From positions 1 through 32,000 of the forward strand of contig NZ_JAQFIQ010000013.1 of NCBI RefSeq assembly GCF_029504745.1: a stretch of 32,000 bases of DNA. The letters run 5' to 3'. Position numbers and translations under genes: made by a program. Positions within the stretch are counted from its first letter, which is position 1; every line of letters begins with the position of its first letter. This stretch comes from Breznakia sp. PF5-3 (GTDB lineage Bacteria; Bacillota_I; Bacilli_A; Erysipelotrichales; Erysipelotrichaceae). Shown here in pieces: positions 16,424 to 23,767 of the stretch. The notes below the pieces were generated by a model that saw nothing but the letters and a program-made list of their open reading frames with translations, did not search any database and had not been told where the DNA came from.

Positions 16424-16510
16424 ATTATACGATATAATCGTAATAAATCAAGCTTGATATAAAAATATTACAGTTTAGTCGTTGACACTACGATTAAACT
16501 GTAATAAAAT
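16424..16510. promoter_or_regulatory. Divergent promoter/operator region of the genetic switch
   Basis: Rightward promoter: -35 ttgaca 16482-16487, 17-nt spacer, -10 taaaat 16505-16510. It sits inside a 16-bp inverted repeat, attacagtttagtcgt (16467-16482) / acgattaaactgtaat (16490-16505), with one mismatch. Leftward promoter on the minus strand: -35 ttgatt (16446-16451), -10 tataat (16424-16429), with the palindrome tacgat-ata-atcgta (16428-16442) in its spacer. Confidence 0.6.
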
Positions 16511-16560
16511 TTGATTGTAAGAAATTATATACGAATAAAATGTATGGAAGAAGGAGGAAA

Positions 16561-16977
16561 ATGAAACAGCAAGAAAAAATAGATCAATTTATAAGAGATT
16601 TAAAAAGTGTAAACTTCTACACAAAGAGCATTATAGAAATGAACTTGGAACTAGAAGATATTGCCAATCAATTACAAGGAGTTTCCTCTATTCAATTTAA
16701 TCAAGTTTATACTTCTAAGCAAAAAGGTCCATATAAATCTAAAGTGGTGAGTCTTATGATGTTGGAAGAGCAAATGATAAAGATTAAGGAAAAGTATGAG
16801 GATAGATTAGTAGAAATAGAGAATAAATTCGAAATGATTGAAGATTTAATCGTTAAAGACATGCTTGTGGATATCCATATTTTAGGGATTCGTCATGAAG
16901 CAGTAGCCATTAAGTATAACTACAACCGACAACACATTTATCGCAAAATCAACAGTGAGTTAAAAAAGATTTTATGA
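16561..16977 (+). CDS. Putative late-gene activator with a sigma-70 region-4-like C-terminal HTH (DUF1492/ArpU/RinA class)
   Basis: SD aaggagg precedes ATG 16561, so the track start at 16540 is rejected. C-terminus DMLVDIHILGIRHEAVAIKYNYNRQHIYRKINSELKKIL resembles region-4 HTHs of small phage activators. It is the first gene after the switch. Confidence 0.5.
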   Translation: MKQQEKIDQFIRDLKSVNFYTKSIIEMNLELEDIANQLQGVSSIQFNQVYTSKQKGPYKSKVVSLMMLEEQMIKIKEKYEDRLVEIENKFEMIEDLIVKDMLVDIHILGIRHEAVAIKYNYNRQHIYRKINSELKKIL

Positions 16978-17034
16978 CATGCGACACTGTACGCTTAAAA
17001 AGATGTTACTATGATATTGTGATAATTGCGTAGG

Positions 17035-17068
17035 TGTTGTTTAGATAAAAAACAACACTTTTATTTTA
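17035..17068 (+). terminator. Rho-independent terminator between the activator gene and the structural genes
   Basis: gtgttgttt (17035-17043) pairs with aaacaacac (17051-17059), 7-nt loop, then ttttatttt. Confidence 0.7.
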
Positions 17069-17082
17069 GAAAAGGAGCAAAC

Positions 17083-17265
17083 ATGAAAAACGTAATGAAA
17101 GTAAAATTAGTAGAATGTTATAAAGTAGAAAGTAAAGAATATCCAGAATTGTTTGCGATTGGAACTACGCAGACAGAAGCAATTGAGCGTTTAGAAGTCT
17201 TGATATATGAACATAGACAAATGCTAAGGATTGCAAAAGAAGTACAAAAACTAGCTTATCAATAA
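17083..17265 (+). CDS. Small hypothetical protein (60 aa), with weak resemblance to HicB/UPF0150-type folds
   Basis: SD aaaggag precedes ATG 17083. The segment YPELFAIGTTQTEAIERLEVLI loosely recalls HicB-like proteins. Function unknown. Confidence 0.5.
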   Translation: MKNVMKVKLVECYKVESKEYPELFAIGTTQTEAIERLEVLIYEHRQMLRIAKEVQKLAYQ

Positions 17266-17351
17266 TAGTTATTGGTCCAGGCTTATGACCTAAAAAGAAT
17301 TGCACGTTTGGTGATGGCTACCACCTAAAAAGTCTAAAACGAGAGGTTAGT

Positions 17352-17798
17352 ATGAAAACGAAAAACTTACAACGAATAGGTCTTACAAAAAAACAAATTG
17401 ATTTTGTAATGGCAGAAAATGGAAAAGATGTTAATCATGTGAAAGAACAAATGGTTTTGCGAGAAAAACAAATGAATGAGATGCAAAAAGAAAATGACCA
17501 TTTATATAAGGAACTTACTAAATTGAATCAAATAGTAGAGAGATATAACGGAATTGATGTAAAGGAGTTGTTAGAAACTCAAAAAAGATATGATAAAGAA
17601 CTGTTAGAATTGAAAAAATCGAATGCTATTGAGCGATTATTTGGCAATCTTCCTTTTGCTAGTAAACTGGCAAAGAAACAAGCAATACAAGAATTTGAAA
17701 AGCAAAACTTTATATTTAAGGATGATGTTTTTATTGGGGTTGACAGCTTTTTTGAAAATTTAATAAAAAATGATGCAAATGCATTTTATAAACGATGA
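17352..17798 (+). CDS. Phage GP20-like (scaffold-type) coiled-coil protein
   Basis: N-terminus LQRIGLTKKQIDFVMAENGKDVNHVKEQ plus a long coiled coil resembles the 'phage minor structural protein GP20'/scaffold family. SD gagagg. Confidence 0.5.
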   Translation: MKTKNLQRIGLTKKQIDFVMAENGKDVNHVKEQMVLREKQMNEMQKENDHLYKELTKLNQIVERYNGIDVKELLETQKRYDKELLELKKSNAIERLFGNLPFASKLAKKQAIQEFEKQNFIFKDDVFIGVDSFFENLIKNDANAFYKR

Positions 17799-17815
17799 AA
17801 GGATGAATATAAATT

Positions 17816-18439
17816 ATGGCAATTGAAAATAAAAGACCGCAGATTAAAGAGACAGTAGGAGCACAATATGTTTGTTTTGCTCTTGATAATGAAAATGGAG
17901 TATTTAATGGAGAATATGAAGCAAAAGTAGAAAAGACAGAGGTTGTGAAGAGTGTTAGTGTTACAGAAAATGCGACAAGTACAAAAGTAAGAGCTAGTGG
18001 AAAAGATTATGAAGTAGTATCTACTCTAGCTTCAACGGATATCAGTGTTGAAGTAGTTGCATTCCCTGCTGAAACATTAGCAAAGATGCGTGGAGATGTA
18101 ATTGACACTACAGGACTTATCATGAGTGGTGGCAATAGCGAACGTCCATACTTTGCTTATGGTAAGGTTGTTGAGCTTAAGAACGGATTCTATCGTTATG
18201 AATGGTATCCAAAATGTAAGCTTACAGCAAATACTGATGAAGTAACAACAAGTGATGTAGAGTTTGCAGAACAAAATGATACGTTTACGATTTCGGCTAT
18301 GGCATTTAATGATAATGGAGATAATCGTACAAAAGTTGAAACAGAGTTTAAATTGCCTGAAGGATTAACGGAAGAAAAGTTCTTCAGCAAACCGATTTTA
18401 TCACCAGAGGATTTAGCAGAAGTTATCCAAGGTACGTAA
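17816..18439 (+). CDS. Major tail protein (phi13-type, siphovirus non-contractile tail tube)
   Basis: 207 aa. N-terminal pattern TVGAQYVCFALDNENGVF...Y.. and its position directly before the chaperone/TMP genes fit phi13-family major tail proteins. Confidence 0.65.
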   Translation: MAIENKRPQIKETVGAQYVCFALDNENGVFNGEYEAKVEKTEVVKSVSVTENATSTKVRASGKDYEVVSTLASTDISVEVVAFPAETLAKMRGDVIDTTGLIMSGGNSERPYFAYGKVVELKNGFYRYEWYPKCKLTANTDEVTTSDVEFAEQNDTFTISAMAFNDNGDNRTKVETEFKLPEGLTEEKFFSKPILSPEDLAEVIQGT

Positions 18440-18440
18440 T

Positions 18441-18761
18441 ATGAGTGATATAACGTTAACAAATGGTGAAAATTTAGAAATTAGTATTAATTGGTTAACA
18501 TTAAAGCTTTTAAGTGATTACGGACTAGAAAAACTAAATAAAAAAATGAAAAGTGAAAATAATCAAATGGAGGTTGCTTCAATATTAATTTATTCAATTT
18601 TACGCTCGAATGGGAAAAAAATTTCACATGAAGAAGCACTGTCGTTAATTAGTGTTGATGATGATTCAATATTTAAAATTTTTAATATTTTTAGTGATAA
18701 GATGAAGGCATTCAAAAAAAAACAGGAAGGGAGAATAGAATTACAAAAAAATATGAAATAA
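18441..18761 (+). CDS. Tail assembly chaperone (gpG analogue)
   Basis: 106-aa ORF between the major tail and tape measure genes. It contains a slippery A9 run near its 3' end. Confidence 0.7.
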   Translation: MSDITLTNGENLEISINWLTLKLLSDYGLEKLNKKMKSENNQMEVASILIYSILRSNGKKISHEEALSLISVDDDSIFKIFNIFSDKMKAFKKKQEGRIELQKNMK

Positions 18762-18892
18762 AATGGGCAGAAATTTTATATTCTGCTCTTTTAATTGGAT
18801 TAAGTGAAGAAGAATTTTGGAAAATGGATCCGATAATTTTTAATGAAATGCTAATATATCACTTTGAATTAGAAAGGAGAAAATATGGATAA
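18441..18892 (+). CDS. Tail assembly chaperone frameshift product (gpGT analogue) made by a -1 slip in A9 (18714-18722)
   Basis: The -1 frame is open from 18701 to a stop at 18890-18892 and encodes ...TGRENRITKKYEIKWAEILYSALLIGLSEEEFWKMDPIIFNEMLIYHFELERRKYG. It ends 8 nt inside the TMP gene. Confidence 0.6.
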
Positions 18893-19943
18893 TAATTTAA
18901 ATATGAATGGAATTTTAGATGCAACAGAGATAATAGCAGACTCTTTTTCAGAGCTAATAGGTACAATGATTTCTGGATTTGAGAAAGTAATGGAATTGAC
19001 TAATAATATTATAAATCTATTTCAATCATTTATAGATTTGATTTTTGATGGCGGTACTATTATTGAAGCATTTCGTAATTTAGTTGCAGAAGCTTGGCAG
19101 GTTATTCAAGAAGCATTTTTATCTGGTTGGGATAGTGTGCTAAAACCTGTTTTTGAAGGACTTACAACAGCATTTTTAAATGTCATTGAATTAGGAATTG
19201 TTCCACTCTCAAACAGTTGGCAAGAGTTTATTGAAACAGCAATAGGACAAATATTTCTTTTATGGAATTCTATTCAACAAACAATTGGAAATATACTTTC
19301 AGTAATACAACCAGTAATTAGTTTTATAACGTCGATTCCATCATTAATACAAGAAACAATTAATACAGTTTTTTCTGAATTAAATACATTTACAGGTGAT
19401 GTATTTAAAAAAGTTTTATCTTTACTTCAAATAGTTACTGGCATAATAGCGTCTATGATTAAAGGAATTGTTACATATGTATCTGAATTGATAAATCAGG
19501 TATTTAGAGGTTTGGAGAATTTATTACCTAATATTATAATTGGTATTTTTAATGCAGTTATTAGAATAATAAATTCGATGATAAGAAAGCTTAATAAAAC
19601 TTTCAAATTTGAACTTCCAGATTGGATACCATTTATAGGTGGAAAAAAATATGGATTAAATTTAGATGAGCTAGAAGAAGTTAAAAGATTAGCTAAAGGT
19701 GGAGACTTAATGAATGGAATAGCAATGGTTGGAGAAGCAGGACCTGAGCTGTTATTGCAAAATGGAACAAGAACAACGGTAGCACCACTTACACGTGGAG
19801 GAGGCGCAGATCCAGTAGATATCATTGACTATAACAAAATGGCACAGATTTTCATGCATTCCGTAATGGGAATGATGGATGGTGTTAGTGTAAAAATGGA
19901 TCGTAGAGAATTTGGAAAACTAGTGAGTGAGGTGAATAAATGA
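18885..19943 (+). CDS. Tape measure protein, unusually short (352 aa)
   Basis: Position after G/GT. Helical, Ile/Leu-rich body. C-terminal motif MVGEAGPELLLQNGTRTTVAPLTRGGG is typical of TMP C-termini. SD aaaggag. Confidence 0.7.
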   Translation: MDNNLNMNGILDATEIIADSFSELIGTMISGFEKVMELTNNIINLFQSFIDLIFDGGTIIEAFRNLVAEAWQVIQEAFLSGWDSVLKPVFEGLTTAFLNVIELGIVPLSNSWQEFIETAIGQIFLLWNSIQQTIGNILSVIQPVISFITSIPSLIQETINTVFSELNTFTGDVFKKVLSLLQIVTGIIASMIKGIVTYVSELINQVFRGLENLLPNIIIGIFNAVIRIINSMIRKLNKTFKFELPDWIPFIGGKKYGLNLDELEEVKRLAKGGDLMNGIAMVGEAGPELLLQNGTRTTVAPLTRGGGADPVDIIDYNKMAQIFMHSVMGMMDGVSVKMDRREFGKLVSEVNK

Positions 19944-20773
19944 TGAAATATAAAATATCTTATGAAGGATTAGGTGGAGTGATTGATTTTTCAAAAGCTC
20001 CTTTTATTTATGCTGACCACAATCTTTTTGATTATGAGTTTTCATATGATAGTACCAATATGCCTTCTCAAAATAAAACAATACTAAATCAGATATACTC
20101 ACTAGGAAAAGTAAAAACTATATCTTTACAAGTTATAGGAACTAAAAAAGCAGAAATATTAAATGATTTAGAAACAAAATTAAACTATGATATTGAAGCA
20201 AAACAGCCTGGGAAATTGTATGTTAATGATGAGTATATAAACTGTTATTTAGTAGCTTCTTCAAAAAAGGAGTGGAATCAATATGCAGCAATGGAATATA
20301 TTACATTGTCATTGTTTTGTGAAAGTCCTAAATGGATTACAGAAAAAACATATGATTTCTCAATATATGAAAAAAATTCAATTGATGGAGGATTTCATTT
20401 TCCTTTGAGTTTTCCAGTTTCATTCAAATATTCATGGAAGAATATGGACATTTTAAATAATCACTATGCTCCAGTAAAGTGTAAGCTGTATTTTTATGGA
20501 CCTATTAAAGATCCGAAGGTAAGAATAGGTGAAAACTTATATGCTATGAATGGTGAGTTACTTGATAGTGAACGTTATATTATTGATCAAAATGATAAAA
20601 CGATTGTGAAGATTACTGCTGCTGGAGAAATAGTGAACTGTTTTGATGAAAGAGATAAGAGCAGCTCTATATTTTTACCAATTCAAATTGGTGAAAATAA
20701 AGTTGACTACGATGGAACGTTCTCTTTTTCAATTTGCCTATATACAGAAAGGAATGAGCCTAGATGGATATAG
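19940..20773 (+). CDS. Distal tail protein (Dit / phage tail family protein)
   Basis: 277 aa. ATGA overlap with the TMP stop. Canonical position after the TMP. Confidence 0.55.
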   Translation: MMKYKISYEGLGGVIDFSKAPFIYADHNLFDYEFSYDSTNMPSQNKTILNQIYSLGKVKTISLQVIGTKKAEILNDLETKLNYDIEAKQPGKLYVNDEYINCYLVASSKKEWNQYAAMEYITLSLFCESPKWITEKTYDFSIYEKNSIDGGFHFPLSFPVSFKYSWKNMDILNNHYAPVKCKLYFYGPIKDPKVRIGENLYAMNGELLDSERYIIDQNDKTIVKITAAGEIVNCFDERDKSSSIFLPIQIGENKVDYDGTFSFSICLYTERNEPRWI

Positions 20774-21801
20774 TACATGCAAAAGTAGTTAAAGAAGATG
20801 ATTTAAGATTTAAAGAATGCGGGATCATAAAAAACTACAGTAAGGCTGAATTTTCACTGCATAAAGAATTGGATATGAATAAAAATGATTTTGAAATTCA
20901 GATGAGTCAAAGTGCATGGTTGAGTGCACCAATTGTATGTGGAGATTGGGTATATATTGCAGAGAGTGAGTGGGGAGGAAGGGTAGAAAAGATAACTCAT
21001 ACAGAAGAAATGATAAAAGTATCAGGTGTAAACTTTCGCTATCTTTTAAATCGAGACGTTTTACTTCCTCCATATAATCAAACAACGAAGAAACGCGAGA
21101 AATTATTAAATGTTAATGGATATATAGAAGATTTGATAACACAGATAAAAGATTATTCATTGTCACAAGAATGTTTAGGACTTTGTATGATAGATGATAC
21201 AGGCGAGAATATATTAGTAGAAGGAGAAATCGGATATTTAACATATATGGAAGCATTAGAAAAACTAATTGAAAATGAAGATATTTATATTAGTGTTCGA
21301 CATAATAGTGTTAATGATAAATTAATGATTTCAATAAAAGAGCTTGGAGTGTATGAAGATACAATTAATAAAGACTATAATATCGAAATTGATTCTTCAA
21401 TAGATGAAAGTGAGAAAGTAGATCTCATTATTGGAAATAGCACAAGTGACGAGGGGAATTATCAAGTTTTTATGTATCGAGATGAAACGGGTGCGATTAC
21501 AGAATTGGATTTAAATGAAACACACATAGATACGAATACAATCATTAAGCAAATCTTTGTTGATGAAAAAGTAAATTCTCTTGATGAACTAAAGAAAAAA
21601 GTGCTGGAAACTTTTAGTAAACAGAGTTTAAAGAAAACAATAGAATTGTTTTTAAAAACAGAGATAGTAAATTTTAATATTGGTGATGTAATTTCTGGTA
21701 TTGATGAAATAACCACACTGGAAATCAAAACAAGGATTATAGAAAAGAAGTTAGTAATAAATGAAAAAGGCCATAGTATTGAATATAAGGTAGGTGATTA
21801 G
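20764..21801 (+). CDS. Tail tip protein (Sipho_Gp37-like / Tal position)
   Basis: 345 aa, overlapping Dit by 10 nt. The segment SEWGGRVEKITHTEEMIKVSGVNFRYLLNRDVLLP resembles the siphovirus Gp37-like family. Confidence 0.5.
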   Translation: MDIVHAKVVKEDDLRFKECGIIKNYSKAEFSLHKELDMNKNDFEIQMSQSAWLSAPIVCGDWVYIAESEWGGRVEKITHTEEMIKVSGVNFRYLLNRDVLLPPYNQTTKKREKLLNVNGYIEDLITQIKDYSLSQECLGLCMIDDTGENILVEGEIGYLTYMEALEKLIENEDIYISVRHNSVNDKLMISIKELGVYEDTINKDYNIEIDSSIDESEKVDLIIGNSTSDEGNYQVFMYRDETGAITELDLNETHIDTNTIIKQIFVDEKVNSLDELKKKVLETFSKQSLKKTIELFLKTEIVNFNIGDVISGIDEITTLEIKTRIIEKKLVINEKGHSIEYKVGD

Positions 21802-22641
21802 ATGGCACAAAAAGGAATTATTAAAAATACAACAGATAATGAATCATATATATCAGCTAGTGATTGGGCATATATGCAAGATTCATTAATAGGACAATCT
21901 GGGGTAATGGATTATAAAGAAAGATTAGAAGTAGTAAAAATTAACGATAATACAGTTAGGATTAAAAGTGGAGTATATTTTTTGAATGGAAAAGCAATTG
22001 TTGTCGATAATTATGAAGATATCACAATTGATAGTGGCTCGCTTGGAGTAAAACGATATGATTATATTATTGCTGAGTATGTCAAAGATGGAGAATCTGA
22101 AGGTAATGATTTTTTAGGGTTTAGAGTATTGAAAGGAATCCCATCAGCAGATATACCTCAAAAACCCGAGCTTACAAATAATGATGTAGTGGAACAAGAA
22201 ATATTATGTTTAATTTATATTGATGAGATTATACTTAGTATTCAAGAAAAGACAGAAAAAGGGATAATTCAATTAAGCCAATTGTATTCAAAAAATGAAA
22301 TAGATGATATGAGGTCAAAAAAAGTATTATTGACGAAACAATCTGTTTCAGCAAATACAAGTATTACTTTAAATGATAGTATTGAAAAATATGATTTTAT
22401 TCTTGTAGAAGTTCAAGGTGATAATTATGGCATTGGCTCTCTTTTAATCAGTGTAAGTGATATTGTTTATTCAAATTCAACATCTACACATCAATATGAA
22501 GCAGTGGCGTTTCAGAAGGCGGCGGTGTATGCAGCAGTACAATTTAGGTTTACAAATGCTACGACATTGACTACAACAGGACATGTTGTTGCAGCATGGT
22601 CGAAAGCTTGGTTTAGAAGAGCTTATGGTATTAGAATATAG
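21802..22641 (+). CDS. Hypothetical tail protein, candidate receptor-binding protein
   Basis: 279-aa ORF that starts directly after the upstream stop (TAG-ATG). It is the last structural gene before the holin. No recognisable motif, so the call rests on position only. Confidence 0.4.
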   Translation: MAQKGIIKNTTDNESYISASDWAYMQDSLIGQSGVMDYKERLEVVKINDNTVRIKSGVYFLNGKAIVVDNYEDITIDSGSLGVKRYDYIIAEYVKDGESEGNDFLGFRVLKGIPSADIPQKPELTNNDVVEQEILCLIYIDEIILSIQEKTEKGIIQLSQLYSKNEIDDMRSKKVLLTKQSVSANTSITLNDSIEKYDFILVEVQGDNYGIGSLLISVSDIVYSNSTSTHQYEAVAFQKAAVYAAVQFRFTNATTLTTTGHVVAAWSKAWFRRAYGIRI

Positions 22642-22646
22642 TATTT

Positions 22647-22880
22647 ATGAAAAACTTATTTAGAAAAGAATGGTGGATGTTGGCATGTGTAAGAGCATGT
22701 AAAACAATAGCTCAAACAGCAATAGGGATAATCGGGACAAATATCCTCATAACAGATGTTAATTGGATTATTGTCTTGTCATCATCACTTTTATCAGGGT
22801 TAATTTCACTTCTTACAAGCATTCAAGGATTGCCTGAATTGGAAAATGCTACCCATTTAGGTGAAGAAGGAGATGATTAG
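22647..22880 (+). CDS. Holin (two TM helices, LL-H/phiLC3-like)
   Basis: 77 aa. Motif RACKTIAQTAIGII, two hydrophobic helices and an acidic C-terminus EEGDD. Lies immediately upstream of the lysin. Confidence 0.7.
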   Translation: MKNLFRKEWWMLACVRACKTIAQTAIGIIGTNILITDVNWIIVLSSSLLSGLISLLTSIQGLPELENATHLGEEGDD

Positions 22881-23675
22881 TTGAAAAAAGGACAGACGAG
22901 TGTTCGTAATGGTATAGAAGATATTTTATTTCCAATGGAAATATGCAATATTACACAAGGTGATAATGAAGGAACACATAAAGGAACTTATGCTGTTGAT
23001 TTAGCTGGAAAAGACAGCGGAAGAGATTATGCCTATTTTCCCTTTAGTGCAAGAAGTGTAGCATTAGATAGTGCTAAAAATGGAAATGCAGTGATATGGG
23101 AAAGCTTACATAAAGTACGTTTTGCAGATGGAACGATTGACTATTGTTGTATGATGGTAATTCATGATAATGACCCAACTGGTTTTTCAATAGGGTCTTC
23201 CTATAAGCAAGGTGTTCAAATGGCACAAGAAGGAACCGCAGGAATCGCTAGTGGAAACCATTTGCATGTTGAAGTAGCCAAAGGAAAATACCAAAGAGGA
23301 AATGCAGGGATGTATGAGAAGAACAAATATGGAATTTATCATTTAAAGAATAATATGCCAATTGAAAAAGTATGTTTTATGGACAATACAAAGATTATTA
23401 GAGGTATTGCTGATTGGAAATATTTAAAAGATGTAGATGATGCTATTTCAAAAAAGTTGTATTTACCAAAAGAAGCAACAGGATGGTATGTATACCCTTT
23501 ACATAAACGTCCTGTAATTGGTAACCAAATCGGTTCATTAAATCCCTCAAAATATGGAGGGCTGAGTTATCAGATTTTAGCTACACCAATGAAAGATGTT
23601 GCAACAATTGAAACAAAAGAGTATGGAAAAGTAAATATTTATGTTGCTACCAATACAGGAGCAATTATAAAGTAG
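22881..23675 (+). CDS. Endolysin, LAS/M23-like metallopeptidase N-domain plus a C-terminal putative wall-binding domain
   Basis: TTG start 8 nt after SD aaggag. THKGTYAVD and GNHLHVEV resemble the H..D / HxH metal ligands of M23/LAS peptidases. The C-terminal ~90 aa are unassigned. Confidence 0.55.
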   Translation: MKKGQTSVRNGIEDILFPMEICNITQGDNEGTHKGTYAVDLAGKDSGRDYAYFPFSARSVALDSAKNGNAVIWESLHKVRFADGTIDYCCMMVIHDNDPTGFSIGSSYKQGVQMAQEGTAGIASGNHLHVEVAKGKYQRGNAGMYEKNKYGIYHLKNNMPIEKVCFMDNTKIIRGIADWKYLKDVDDAISKKLYLPKEATGWYVYPLHKRPVIGNQIGSLNPSKYGGLSYQILATPMKDVATIETKEYGKVNIYVATNTGAIIK

Positions 23676-23681
23676 ATAGGA

Positions 23682-23711
23682 GACGGTGGTATAAGCTACC
23701 GTCTTTTTTTA
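23682..23711 (+). terminator. Rho-independent terminator closing the tail/lysis operon
   Basis: gacggt (23682-23687) pairs with accgtc (23698-23703), then T7 (23704-23710). Confidence 0.75.
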
Positions 23712-23767
23712 TTGTCGCTTTTGTATATGCATAAAATTTAGTATAATAAGATATAGCGAGGTATGAT

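Larger units (their letters stand above)
15592..23711. mobile_element. Tail-only phage-like cluster: candidate F-type (non-contractile) tailocin, or alternatively a minimal prophage remnant
   Basis: Contiguous switch, siphovirus-type tail module and lysis cassette. Neither strand has an ORF for capsid, portal, terminase, connector, sheath, integrase or replication functions. The cluster is bounded by host cell-wall genes and by a terminator at 23682-23711. Confidence 0.7.

Noticed and set aside
15592-23711. Complete or inducible prophage, or an R-type (contractile) tailocin
   Set aside because: There are no integrase, excisionase, replication, terminase, portal, capsid or connector ORFs, and host genes abut both ends. 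There are no sheath, tube-initiator or baseplate wedge-type ORFs, so the contractile type is excluded. The only flanking identity I found is a 7-nt gaggtat (15583-15589 vs 23757-23763), too short to call att sites.
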